In this document: positions 27,489 to 36,469 of the stretch, piece by piece
Layout of the letters: every line of letters begins with the position of its first letter
Position numbering within the stretch: position 1 is the first letter of the stretch
From: Verrucomicrobiota bacterium
GTDB lineage: Bacteria > Verrucomicrobiota > Verrucomicrobiia > Limisphaerales > JAHEOI01
Direction of reading: 5' to 3'
Assembly (NCBI GenBank): GCA_018610125.1
Contig: JAHEOI010000372.1
Span: 1 to 49,381, forward strand
Length of the DNA: 49,381 bases
Notes under the pieces: generated by a model
The model's database searches: none
Seen by the model: only the letters and a program-made list of their open reading frames with translations
Told to the model about the DNA's origin: nothing
Translations under genes and position numbers: made by a program

Positions 27489-29750
27489 TTAGGGCTGCTC
27501 GCCCCCGAGATCGTTGGCCGACTCGACACCCGTTTCCGCGAGGAATGGAGCCTGCTGCTTCTTGGCCAGCTCGATATAATCCCAAAGGATATTCAAGCTC
27601 TCGTCGAGATGGGGATCCACCGGTCGATTTCGACGGTCACTTAAACTGATCCGTCCGGCAGCACCGGCCTCGTCCGATGAGTCATCAGCAGCACCCGCCC
27701 CATCTGATGTGTCATCACTCTTCTCCCCCTCTTCGGTCGATTCTCCCTCTTTCTCTTTCCCTTCCTCTTTCTCGGTGTCTGACTCAGGGAGCTCAATCGG
27801 CTCAAGTGGCTCCTCTTTCTTCGCCATGTCCAGCGTCAACTTGAACAGGTCGAGATCGTCAAGGAGCTTGACCTTTTCTTCGAACTTCTCGCGCTTCTCG
27901 GCCAAGGCTTCACGCTCTTCTTTTTTCTTCAACCGGGCCTCTTTCTGGAGCGAGACCGCCTTGTTAGCCTGTCTCTCCTTGATCAATTGGATGTCTTTTC
28001 GCACGAAGTCAAAGGCCTTGCTGTTGGCAACCCGTGTTTCAGACCGTCCCCGGAGCTCTTCAACATAGGGCTTGACCCGGTCCATGTTGTCATATTCCAA
28101 CTTCGCGATGCGATCGGCCGGCAGACTGTTATCGAGACTGGCCTCCCCCAACTCCAAATAGTCGAAACCGGAAGGCAAAACAATGTCGGGGGTTACGCCC
28201 TGTCGCTGTGTTGTGCTACCCGCGACGCGATAGAATTTGGAGACCGTAAACTTAAGACGGCCGGGCTTTTTCACCTTCACCGGAGAGACAAACTTGTTCA
28301 ATGTAAGAACGGTTTGAACCGTCCCTTTGCCATGCGTTGACTCGCCACCGACGACAATGGCGCGTCCGTAATCCTGCAGGCAGGCCGCCACGATCTCGGA
28401 AGCCGAGGCGCTCAGTTTACCGACCAGCACAACGAGCGGTCCGTCATAGCTAATCCCGGCGTTGTCATCCCGGAGCACGGTGGTCTGCTCCCGATAATCT
28501 TGATACTGCACCACAGGCCCTTCGTCGATGAACAGACCGGCAAGATCCACGGCCTCGCTCAAGATTCCGCCGCTATTGTGCCTTAAATCGAGCACAATTC
28601 CATTGACCCCCTCCTTCTTCAGCCGTTTCAGTAAGGTCTTGGTATCCTCAGCACAATTCTCGTAGAACTTAGGTAGGTCGATAACCCCGAGACGACCATC
28701 CTCACTCTTGGAATCGGTTTTTTCGATCACTTTGGCCTTGGCGTACTGCTCCTTGAGCTCAATCTTGTCACGAACAATCGTCACTTCCTTCCGGACCGAG
28801 CCATCCGCGGCCTCCGCCGGGATGATGGTCAGACGAACCTTTTTGCCGATCGGCCCTCGGATCATTGAGACAACATCCCGGAGCTTTCGCCCGACGACGT
28901 CGACGGGCTCTTTGCCTTCCTGAGCCACAGCCACAATCCGATCATTGGGGCTGAGCTCGCCACTCTTAGACGCCGGCCCGCCCGGCACCAAACTGACGAT
29001 CTTCGTGTATCCGTCTTCCCAAGTCAGTCTAGCCCCGATGCCTGTCAGGGAGAGGTCGATGTTGTTGATTTCGAAATTTTTCGCCTCGGTCGGGCTGAGG
29101 TAGGCGGAATGGGGATCATAAGCCTGCGCAAGCGCTGTGAGATAGCTTTCAAGCTTCTCTTCCACTTCATACTTGGACATGACCTGGAGCAGCCGGTCAT
29201 AACGCTTTTGAATCCGCTCTTTGACGGTCTTACGATCGTCGCCCGCAAGCTGACCCTGTAAGAATTCGTTCTTGATTCGATCGTGCCAAAGGGCTTCCGC
29301 GGCAGCCTTGTCTTCCGGCCATGAGGCATCATCCCGATCCGGAACAAAGGTTTCCTCCCTCGTGAAGTCATACTCCTTTTTCAGAAGCTTCTCGGTGATA
29401 TACTGATGACGCGCTTCGAGCCGCTTGACATACCGCTTGAATATCACAAATGCCGCCTCGACATTGCCTTGAAGCGTGGCTGTTGACAGTGCCTCTCCAA
29501 ATTCCGCCTTGAATTCGTCGATGTCCGATTGAAGGAAGATCATTCGGTTGGCATCCAACGTATCGAGATAATTCTCCAGAAAATCGCTCGCCATTTCCTG
29601 GTCCAGCGGCACTTGCCTAAGATGGGCTCTCTGGAGTAACGCCCCCACCACCTGAGTGATCTCACCGGCCTGCTCCTTCGTGTAATCCACGGCAGAGCCA
29701 GGAAGTAAGCTGCAGAGCAAGATACCAACACTCGCCAACGTTGCTTTCAT
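27489..29750 (-). CDS. Carboxy-terminal processing (tail-specific) protease, S41 family, with long acidic C-terminal extension
   Basis: Tsp/Prc-like N-domain, PDZ (GIGARLTWEDGYTKIVSLVPGGPASKSG), S41 core (IVLDLRHNSGG...LVVLVGKLSASASEIVA...GKGTVQ), then an E/D/S-rich tail. Confidence 0.88.
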   Translation of the reverse strand: MKATLASVGILLCSLLPGSAVDYTKEQAGEITQVVGALLQRAHLRQVPLDQEMASDFLENYLDTLDANRMIFLQSDIDEFKAEFGEALSTATLQGNVEAAFVIFKRYVKRLEARHQYITEKLLKKEYDFTREETFVPDRDDASWPEDKAAAEALWHDRIKNEFLQGQLAGDDRKTVKERIQKRYDRLLQVMSKYEVEEKLESYLTALAQAYDPHSAYLSPTEAKNFEINNIDLSLTGIGARLTWEDGYTKIVSLVPGGPASKSGELSPNDRIVAVAQEGKEPVDVVGRKLRDVVSMIRGPIGKKVRLTIIPAEAADGSVRKEVTIVRDKIELKEQYAKAKVIEKTDSKSEDGRLGVIDLPKFYENCAEDTKTLLKRLKKEGVNGIVLDLRHNSGGILSEAVDLAGLFIDEGPVVQYQDYREQTTVLRDDNAGISYDGPLVVLVGKLSASASEIVAACLQDYGRAIVVGGESTHGKGTVQTVLTLNKFVSPVKVKKPGRLKFTVSKFYRVAGSTTQRQGVTPDIVLPSGFDYLELGEASLDNSLPADRIAKLEYDNMDRVKPYVEELRGRSETRVANSKAFDFVRKDIQLIKERQANKAVSLQKEARLKKKEEREALAEKREKFEEKVKLLDDLDLFKLTLDMAKKEEPLEPIELPESDTEKEEGKEKEGESTEEGEKSDDTSDGAGAADDSSDEAGAAGRISLSDRRNRPVDPHLDESLNILWDYIELAKKQQAPFLAETGVESANDLGGEQP

Positions 29751-29919
29751 AATTTCTTTTCCGATTCCACGGAGGGATTTTCAGTTTGTAAAAGTATTCC
29801 ATGCCAGGTCAGCCGTTGCAACTCCGGACAATCATCCCGGGACGGTTTGATTCATCGGATTAATGGCTCGAACGGTCGGCATACCCCCCGGAATCGTTGC
29901 ACCCAAGAGGAAGTTTTTC

Positions 29920-29949
29920 GTGACGCCGCGAGGGAGAGCCCCTTATAAT
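29920..29949 (+). promoter_or_regulatory. Candidate sigma-70-type promoter giving a leaderless transcript for the HTH-MBL gene
   Basis: A perfect TATAAT at 29944-29949 ends 7 nt before the ATG at 29957. GTGACG (4/6 to TTGACA) lies 18 nt upstream. No Shine-Dalgarno sequence is present within 15 nt of the ATG. Confidence 0.3.
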
Positions 29950-29956
29950 TGGCACC

Positions 29957-30808
29957 ATGGCAGAAAGGATCTCATTGGAGGATTTCCACAACGACATCAT
30001 CGGGAAGGCTCAGCGGGGCCTAAAATTAACGGACGACACGCTTGCCAAGTTGGCCGGAGTCTCCCGCTCCGACATCGAGCGCGTGAAATCGGGGGAAGCC
30101 GATGAGGCCATCGTTCGCAAATTGGCCAAGCCGCTCCACCTTGGAGAAGAGGCACTGGCGGTGAGCGCCCGACAAAGCTGGCACCCGGGAACCGATCCGA
30201 TCGAAGGAATCGCCCAGTTCAACACGCCATTCGCCGACATGGGAGTGAATGCCTATGTCGTTTGGGATCCTGAAAGTCGACAGGCCGGTCTGTTTGACAC
30301 CGGGTCAGACGCCACGGAAATGCTCGAGCTGGTCCGACAAAAGGGGCTTGAGGTAAAAGGAATCTGGATTACCCACACCCATCAGGACCACATTGCCGAC
30401 TTGGGACGATTGCAGTCCGAGACCCGGGCCAAAGTCTATTCACCGGCACTCGAACCCTTGCCGGAAAGCGAAACGTTTCCGGCCGGACATGTATTCCAGA
30501 TCGGTAACCTAACCATTGAAACACGGGTCACTTCCGGACATTCAAAGGGCGGGATCACTTACGTCATCAAAGGTCTGGGTCACCCGGTCGCTGTTGTCGG
30601 GGACGCCTTGTTCGCAGGATCGATGGGGGGCGGGATGGTTTCCTATGAGGATGCCTTGGCCAATAACAGGCAAAAGATCCTCAGCTTGCCGGACGACACC
30701 ATCGTCTGCCCGGGGCACGGGCCCTTGACGACAATCGCTCAAGAAAAGCGTTACAACCCGTTTTTCCCCGAGCTCAACAGCGTCGAGAATGCTCCCGAAG
30801 CCAAGTAA
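29957..30808 (+). CDS. MBL-fold metallo-hydrolase (glyoxalase II-like) with N-terminal XRE-type HTH-like segment
   Basis: ITHTHQDHIADL (HxHxDH), SGHSKGG, GDALFAGSMG and CPGHGP motifs. The N-terminal ~60 aa (LTDDTLAKLAGVSRSDIERVKSGE) look like an HTH. Confidence 0.8.
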   Translation: MAERISLEDFHNDIIGKAQRGLKLTDDTLAKLAGVSRSDIERVKSGEADEAIVRKLAKPLHLGEEALAVSARQSWHPGTDPIEGIAQFNTPFADMGVNAYVVWDPESRQAGLFDTGSDATEMLELVRQKGLEVKGIWITHTHQDHIADLGRLQSETRAKVYSPALEPLPESETFPAGHVFQIGNLTIETRVTSGHSKGGITYVIKGLGHPVAVVGDALFAGSMGGGMVSYEDALANNRQKILSLPDDTIVCPGHGPLTTIAQEKRYNPFFPELNSVENAPEAK

Positions 30809-30891
30809 GTCAGTGTCGAGCTCGCATTGAGTCGGACAGAGCGAGTCGTCAACATTCGCAATGACAACCCAGAGCTAGCAATCAACCTATT

Positions 30892-31809
30892 ATGTCGGAA
30901 ACAATCGGATTTGTCGGTGTCGGACGAATGGGCGCCAATATGGCAAGGCGCCTCAAGGAATGCGGTTACCCCGTGGCGGTCCTTTACGACGTCAACACCG
31001 CCCTCGCGCAATCACTCGCCTCCGAGCTCGAATGCAAAGCGGTCGATCGGCTCGCCGATGTGACCCAGCTTGCCGACCTCGTTTTCACGGTCGTCACCGA
31101 TGACGAAGCCATGCGTGAAATCTATAGCACCGAGAGCGAGCGCGACTCGTTGCTAAAGCAGGCCCAGGGAAAACTTTTCATCAATTGTGCCACCGTATCG
31201 CCCGAAGTCCACACGGAAGTTGAGAAGGCGGCACAGAGTGCCGGAGCACAGACCTTGGAAGCATGTATGGCTTCGAGTATCCCGCAAGCCCGTCAAGGGA
31301 CATTGTACCTGATTTGCGCCGGGCAGAAAGCGGCCTTTGATCGAGCTCAAAAACTCCTTCAAGATTTGAGCTCATCGTTGAGCTATGTCGGCGGAACCGG
31401 CCAAGCCGCCAAGGTGAAAGCCCTGGTAAACATGGTCATGAACATGAATACCGCCGCGCTGGCCGAAGGCCTCGCCCTCGGTGAAGCGCTTGGACTCGAC
31501 CTGACGACCCTTCGGGAGGTTTTCGGCCAGACCGGAGCCAATTCCCAGGTGCTCAAGACCGATGGCGAAGACATGGAAAACCGCGATCATGAATGCTTTT
31601 TCTCCGCGGCCCACGCGGCGAAGGATTCCGGGATCGCCTTGACGTTGGCCAACCGTTGCAACCTCGACCTCCCTTTGGCGAAAGCGACGCGCGACCAGTA
31701 CCAACGGATGATCGAGGCGGGGCTCGGGGAGCTGGATAAGTCCGGGGTAGCGGAATTGACCTTCAAAGGGCGCCAACCGAAAAAGCCGGGAAGCGAGGCG
31801 TCGACATGA
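30892..31809 (+). CDS. NAD(P)-dependent oxidoreductase, 3-hydroxyisobutyrate / 6-phosphogluconate dehydrogenase-like family
   Basis: IGFVGVGRMGANMARRL Rossmann motif plus the C-terminal NAD_binding_11-like helical domain. Confidence 0.82.
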   Translation: MSETIGFVGVGRMGANMARRLKECGYPVAVLYDVNTALAQSLASELECKAVDRLADVTQLADLVFTVVTDDEAMREIYSTESERDSLLKQAQGKLFINCATVSPEVHTEVEKAAQSAGAQTLEACMASSIPQARQGTLYLICAGQKAAFDRAQKLLQDLSSSLSYVGGTGQAAKVKALVNMVMNMNTAALAEGLALGEALGLDLTTLREVFGQTGANSQVLKTDGEDMENRDHECFFSAAHAAKDSGIALTLANRCNLDLPLAKATRDQYQRMIEAGLGELDKSGVAELTFKGRQPKKPGSEAST

Positions 31810-31945
31810 AGCGTTGAATGCAACCCAGGCTCTTGCTTAGCCGCATGGCTTCGAACGGTTTGAGGCAACGCCTCGCTCGCGGTTCCTTTTTGAAATTTTG
31901 CTCCCGGTATTGTAACCTAAAAGGTTCGAAAGGCTCCGATTGACT

Positions 31946-32953
31946 ATGATGAAGCGACGGAAATTAGGACAATCCGGGATCGAAGCCTCAGTCGTCGGAC
32001 TGGGCGCTTGGGCGATGGGCGGATGGATGTGGGGCGGGACCGACGAAAACGAGTCCATCAAGGCCGTTCACGCCGCCCTTGATTCAGGGATCAATTTAAT
32101 CGATACGGCGCCGATATACGGATTCGGCGTCTCGGAAGAGATTATCGGCAAAGCCATCGAGGGTCGGCGGGACGATGTGGTCCTGGCAACCAAGTGCACG
32201 ATGGTGACCAACACGACCCACGGCGTCCATAAATTCAACTCGGATGCGCGGGGACCGAATCCAAACGGTCACATCGCGGTACAGATTTACGCCGATCCGA
32301 GCTCGATCCGCCAAGAGGTCGAAGCCAGCTTGAAACGGCTTAAGACCGACCGGATCGATCTCTATCAGACCCATTGGCAAGATACCTCAACGCCGATCGA
32401 AGAGACAATGAGCGCCCTGCTCGATCTGAAAAAGGAAGGCAAAATCCGGGCTATCGGGGCTTGCAATGCATCGGTCGATGAGCTTCGGGAATATCAAAAG
32501 GTCGGAGTGCTGGACAGCGACCAGGAAAAATATTCCATGTTGGATCGTGGACTGGAGCAAGAGCAACTCCCATTCTGTCAACATCATCATGTCGCTGTGC
32601 TTGCTTACTCCCCACTTGCTCGGGGCCTTTTGACCGGAAAGATCAGTGCGGATCGGGTTTTTGCGGAAGGAGACCAACGCCGAAACGATGAGCGTTTCCG
32701 TGTCGCCTACCGCGAACGGGTCAATACCATGCTGGGCCAATTCGAGCCGGTCGCCAAGCGCCACGGAATCACGCTCACGCAACTGGCCATCGCTTGGACA
32801 TTCCACCAGCCGGGCTTGACACACGCACTCTGCGGTGCCCGAAATCCAAAACAAGCGCAAGAGAACGCTCAAGCCGGAAGCGTCGAGCTAACGAGCGACG
32901 ACCTCAAGCAGCTCGAGGACGCGATGCAGCGAGCCGATCCGGCAGCCGCCTAG
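31946..32953 (+). CDS. Aldo/keto reductase
   Basis: LGQSGIEASVVGLGAWAMGG...GINLIDTAPIYG...IDLYQTHW...LAYSPLARGLLTGK; ATG 31946 is preferred over the TTG at 31940. Confidence 0.88.
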   Translation: MMKRRKLGQSGIEASVVGLGAWAMGGWMWGGTDENESIKAVHAALDSGINLIDTAPIYGFGVSEEIIGKAIEGRRDDVVLATKCTMVTNTTHGVHKFNSDARGPNPNGHIAVQIYADPSSIRQEVEASLKRLKTDRIDLYQTHWQDTSTPIEETMSALLDLKKEGKIRAIGACNASVDELREYQKVGVLDSDQEKYSMLDRGLEQEQLPFCQHHHVAVLAYSPLARGLLTGKISADRVFAEGDQRRNDERFRVAYRERVNTMLGQFEPVAKRHGITLTQLAIAWTFHQPGLTHALCGARNPKQAQENAQAGSVELTSDDLKQLEDAMQRADPAAA

Positions 32954-33109
32954 AAAGAGGTCCGCGTTGGAGCCCAAGCAATCGCCGAACCCATATTATG
33001 AGGCGCCCGGGGCTGCCGGGCGGACCTCGACCGGACTCCGGAATGGAACCGGTCAGCTCAGTCACTCATCGGTTAAGACGAACAAACGAGAAAAGGACCA
33101 ACAGACATC

Positions 33110-33955
33110 ATGAATAACGACGAAACGACACCCAGCCCGCATCAGAATTTTGGCGATAACCCGATAGACACCCGAGAGACAGACCACTACAAAGAGGAGT
33201 ACGTCGACGAGTTTGTCGATAAATGGGACCAGCTCATCGATTGGGAAGCCCGCTCCAAAAGCGAAGGCGCGTTTTTCATTGACGAGCTGAAGCGACGCGG
33301 GGCCCGCCAAATCTTGGATGTCGCCGCCGGGACCGGGTTCCATTCCATTCGCCTGTTGCAAGCCGGATTCGAGGTCGTCAGCGCAGACGGCAGCCCGGAA
33401 ATGCTTGCCAAGGCTTTTGCTAACGGACGGAAGCACGGCTACATCCTCCGAACAGTGCAGGCCGATTGGCGATGGCTGAACCGGGACATCCATGGAAAAT
33501 TTGACGCGGTCATTTGTTTGGGGAACTCGTTCACTCACCTCTTTGCCGAAAACGACCGCCGAAAGGCCTTGGCTGAGTTCTATGCCGCATTGCGCTATGA
33601 CGGCATCCTTATCCTCGACCAGCGCAACTACGACGCTATCCTGGACGAAGGATTTTCAACCAAGCATACCTATTACTACTGCGGTGAGAACGTTAAAGCC
33701 GAGCCCGAGCATGTCGATACCGGCCTGGCACGGTTTCGATACGAATTCCCAGACCAATCAGTCTTCCATTTGAATATGTGCCCCATCCGCAAGGATTACG
33801 TCCGGAAACTCCTTTTCCAAGTCGGCTTTCAATCTGTCCGAACCCTCGGTGACTTCAAAGAGACCTACCAGCAGACGGAACCGGACTTCTTTATCCATCT
33901 CGCTGAAAAGCAATACAATTACGAGGCCGAGGACAAAGGGAATACGACGACCTAG
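33110..33955 (+). CDS. SAM-dependent glycine/sarcosine N-methyltransferase-like enzyme (GSMT/GNMT family)
   Basis: From memory of halophile GSMT sequences, the following blocks are colinear with them: EEYVDEFVDKWDQLIDWEARSKSEG, ILDVAAGTGFHSIRLLQAGFEVVSADGSPEMLAKAF, RTVQADWRWLNRDIHGKFDAVICLGNSFTHLF, LILDQRNYD, YYYCGE and DFFIHLAEK. Confidence 0.72.
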   Translation: MNNDETTPSPHQNFGDNPIDTRETDHYKEEYVDEFVDKWDQLIDWEARSKSEGAFFIDELKRRGARQILDVAAGTGFHSIRLLQAGFEVVSADGSPEMLAKAFANGRKHGYILRTVQADWRWLNRDIHGKFDAVICLGNSFTHLFAENDRRKALAEFYAALRYDGILILDQRNYDAILDEGFSTKHTYYYCGENVKAEPEHVDTGLARFRYEFPDQSVFHLNMCPIRKDYVRKLLFQVGFQSVRTLGDFKETYQQTEPDFFIHLAEKQYNYEAEDKGNTTT

Positions 33956-34058
33956 TTCCCTTCTTCAGGCTCACTCGTCGACCAAAGGGTGCCTGATAGG
34001 GACCTCGTCCCCGAGGTCCGGTTTTCTCTCCCCATGAAGCCTTGGTAAAGAAAGAAGT

Positions 34059-34086
34059 GGGAACGCCGGGGACGGCGTCCCTATCA
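34059..34086. repeat. Hairpin-TATCA interspersed repeat (family 1)
   Basis: GGGAACGCCG-GGGA-CGGCGTCCC-TATCA (one bulged A), between the convergent stops at 33955 and 34105. Confidence 0.75.
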
Positions 34087-34104
34087 GGGGCTACTACTCC
34101 TCTC

Positions 34105-34836
34105 CTACGAACCGACACCGAAATAGCGAAGTCCCTCAATTACCCCATCGGCTTCCGGGAGGCTCGCCCAAAAGAGATTGGACCCGCCCACAACATCGCC
34201 CAGCTCCGGTTTGGCATTGGCCACGATAATTCCAAAGATTCCAGGGACTTGAAACATCCTCAAATCATTTCCAGTGTCACCCGCCACGACGGCTTTGGCG
34301 GGATCAATGCTCAAATGACGGCATAGCCAAGTCACAGCATTCCCTTTACCGGCTTGGGCTGGTAACACATCCAAGTCGCGGCTTGACGAATAGATAACCG
34401 CAACGTTTAGCCCCGCCTCGGTCAGGCGGCGCCTCAATTGCTCCACGTCTTCCGGTGACGCGTCATACCAATACCAGCTCGATTTCAAGTCGGTTTGAAA
34501 TCGTTCCGGTTGCGCTTCGATTCCCGGAAATTCAGCGACAATCCGGCGCACTCGTTCAAGATCCCATCCCTCCTTGAATTGCGCCTCATAATCGTGCAAC
34601 GGGCTTCCCGAGCTAAAATCCAAGATACAGGTTCCGACGCCCCCGATCAGGAAATCCGGCTTTGGCAATGGCGATTCATGAATCAAGGCTACCTGATCGT
34701 CGATCAACCGGCCACTGACATAACATAACCACGGCCGCTCGGATTTAGGGAGCTCCGTCCAGAACTCCCGAAATCGATCTGTCGCAGCGAGATCGCCATA
34801 AATCGTGCCGTCCAAGTCGCTGCAAAAGAGTTTCAT
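34105..34836 (-). CDS. HAD-IIB hydrolase, sucrose-phosphate phosphatase (S6PP)-like
   Basis: The DLDGT nucleophile motif is present. SSSRDLDVLPAQAGKGNAVTWL, AGDTGNDLRMF and GIIVANAKPEL are colinear with cyanobacterial SPP. Start at ATG 34836 (MKLFCSDLDGT). Confidence 0.68.
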   Translation of the reverse strand: MKLFCSDLDGTIYGDLAATDRFREFWTELPKSERPWLCYVSGRLIDDQVALIHESPLPKPDFLIGGVGTCILDFSSGSPLHDYEAQFKEGWDLERVRRIVAEFPGIEAQPERFQTDLKSSWYWYDASPEDVEQLRRRLTEAGLNVAVIYSSSRDLDVLPAQAGKGNAVTWLCRHLSIDPAKAVVAGDTGNDLRMFQVPGIFGIIVANAKPELGDVVGGSNLFWASLPEADGVIEGLRYFGVGS

Positions 34837-34857
34837 CGTCGAGCCCATGGTCAATTT

Positions 34858-35475
34858 CTACCGAACCTCTAAATTCTCGAGGTATTGTCGAAGTCCTTCT
34901 TTCGCTCCCCCGACAAAAGGGACACCGTGGGCAAAAAGCAAGTGATCAAAGTCCCGATTCAAGTGACCCAAAAAGACTTCGCGAATCCCACGCTTCACCC
35001 CTTTCGGATCATCTCCCAGCAGCCAATCCGGAACAAATCCGAGCTCACTGTTCCATCGGACAAGGGCGTCGCCAATAGCCAGAACCCCCTCGGAAACCGG
35101 AAGATACAACGCTGTCTCTTCAGGACATAGCACCCCCACTTCAAGTGCCTCGATATTTCCCGGAAGTGTCTCACCGTGATTGAATGAACGAATCGGCTCG
35201 CCTTCGGTGAATTCGTGAAGGCCCGCATGGTGACACCAAACCTCGCATCCGAAGGCCTCCTGAAGCTCGGCGCTATGGCGATAATGGAGCCGATTTGTCA
35301 GGTAGATGTGCTGCGGCAGCTTTTCTTTGGACAACGCCCCAAGGCCTTCCGGCGGGAGTAACGGATCGATCAGCACGGCCGGATCGGTCGCCACGACCAG
35401 ATACGAATCGACCTCCTCTTGAATCTCAGGATGGACCGCGGTCCAATGATAAACGCCTGGCAAGATCTCTTTCAT
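34858..35475 (-). CDS. MBL-fold-like protein with degenerate metal motif
   Basis: Overall beta-lactamase-fold pattern (GVYHW...LIDPL...IYLTNRLHYRHS...GDAL...LLFAHG), but it lacks a canonical HxHxDH. Confidence 0.5.
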   Translation of the reverse strand: MKEILPGVYHWTAVHPEIQEEVDSYLVVATDPAVLIDPLLPPEGLGALSKEKLPQHIYLTNRLHYRHSAELQEAFGCEVWCHHAGLHEFTEGEPIRSFNHGETLPGNIEALEVGVLCPEETALYLPVSEGVLAIGDALVRWNSELGFVPDWLLGDDPKGVKRGIREVFLGHLNRDFDHLLFAHGVPFVGGAKEGLRQYLENLEVR

Positions 35476-35523
35476 ATAACCTCATTCTTAACCCATTGGA
35501 GCCAACACGGTCGTTCCCAATCC

Positions 35524-36456
35524 CTATAGCTTCCCGATCAGCCGTTTTCCACCTTCGACCACTTCTTCAACCGTCAGGAAGTTAAGTCCGCCCTCGCCCT
35601 GGAGCAATTTGACTCGCTCGCTTACCGGAGACCACACTTCGGCCCTGGCCGGTCCCCAAAGCAGGAGACTCGGCACTCCGACCGCCGCGGCAAGATGCGA
35701 GATGCCGGAATCATGACCGATAAAGCCCGCGCATTCCTGCAGCGATTGGCCCACCTCCGGAAGCGGTCGGCTCTGGACAATGCGATATCGCTCTGCCGGC
35801 AATTGAGCAGCCAGTCGCTCGAGTCGGCCCTCTTCAGCTTCGCCTCCGAGCAGTAGCAGATGAAAGCGAGTCTGCTCCGCCAGATAGCTTAGCAGATCGG
35901 CCCACTTCTCCTCGGGCCAATTCTTGCGTTCACTCCCACTCCCAGGATGGACCGCCAACCAATCGACTGACCGATCCGGCCCGTCATCGGCCTTAGGAAA
36001 CCGCAATTGCGGGAGGCGGTCCGCATCGAAAATCGTGAGCTGCTCCAGCGGTTTGAGGTAGGCATCGGTAGCATGCATCGCACCGGTATCATCGGCCCGA
36101 TGAGGCCCCACAATGAATTGGGCCGATGAGCAGCGTCGGACATTCGTTTCAAACACCTTGTCCGGATCGTAAAGGAAGGAAATGATCAAGGCGAATTGCG
36201 AGAAATAGTTTGCCAGATCTTTGTTTAGCTCGCCGCGATTCGCAAAGAAGCCGGCCAACGCCCCCGCTTCGATAGGCCTTACCCGTTCCACGAGCCCTCC
36301 GGCCTCCGCTAAACGGGCAATATGCGGATATCCCAGCACCTCGAGGTGGATCCCGGGAAACGATTGCCTCAACGCCTGGAGGACCGGCAACGTCAGTATA
36401 AAATCGCCGATCGCTCCACCCCGAATCACCAAGACTTTTCCGCGCCTCTGATCCAC
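35524..36456 (-). CDS. Glycosyltransferase family 9 (heptosyltransferase-like)
   Basis: KVLVIRGGAIGDFILTLPVLQALR N-terminus and C-terminal GHDSGISHLAAAVGVP are typical of GT9. Confidence 0.8.
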   Translation of the reverse strand: MDQRRGKVLVIRGGAIGDFILTLPVLQALRQSFPGIHLEVLGYPHIARLAEAGGLVERVRPIEAGALAGFFANRGELNKDLANYFSQFALIISFLYDPDKVFETNVRRCSSAQFIVGPHRADDTGAMHATDAYLKPLEQLTIFDADRLPQLRFPKADDGPDRSVDWLAVHPGSGSERKNWPEEKWADLLSYLAEQTRFHLLLLGGEAEEGRLERLAAQLPAERYRIVQSRPLPEVGQSLQECAGFIGHDSGISHLAAAVGVPSLLLWGPARAEVWSPVSERVKLLQGEGGLNFLTVEEVVEGGKRLIGKL

Positions 36457-36469
36457 ACGCCCCTTTCAA

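Noticed and set aside
32954-33109. Glycine or SAM/SAH riboswitch upstream of the GSMT-like methyltransferase.
   Set aside because: Some local hairpins exist (CCCGGGGCTGCCGGG, GACCGG...CCGGTC). None of the conserved cores I remember for glycine, SAM-I/II or SAH riboswitches is present.
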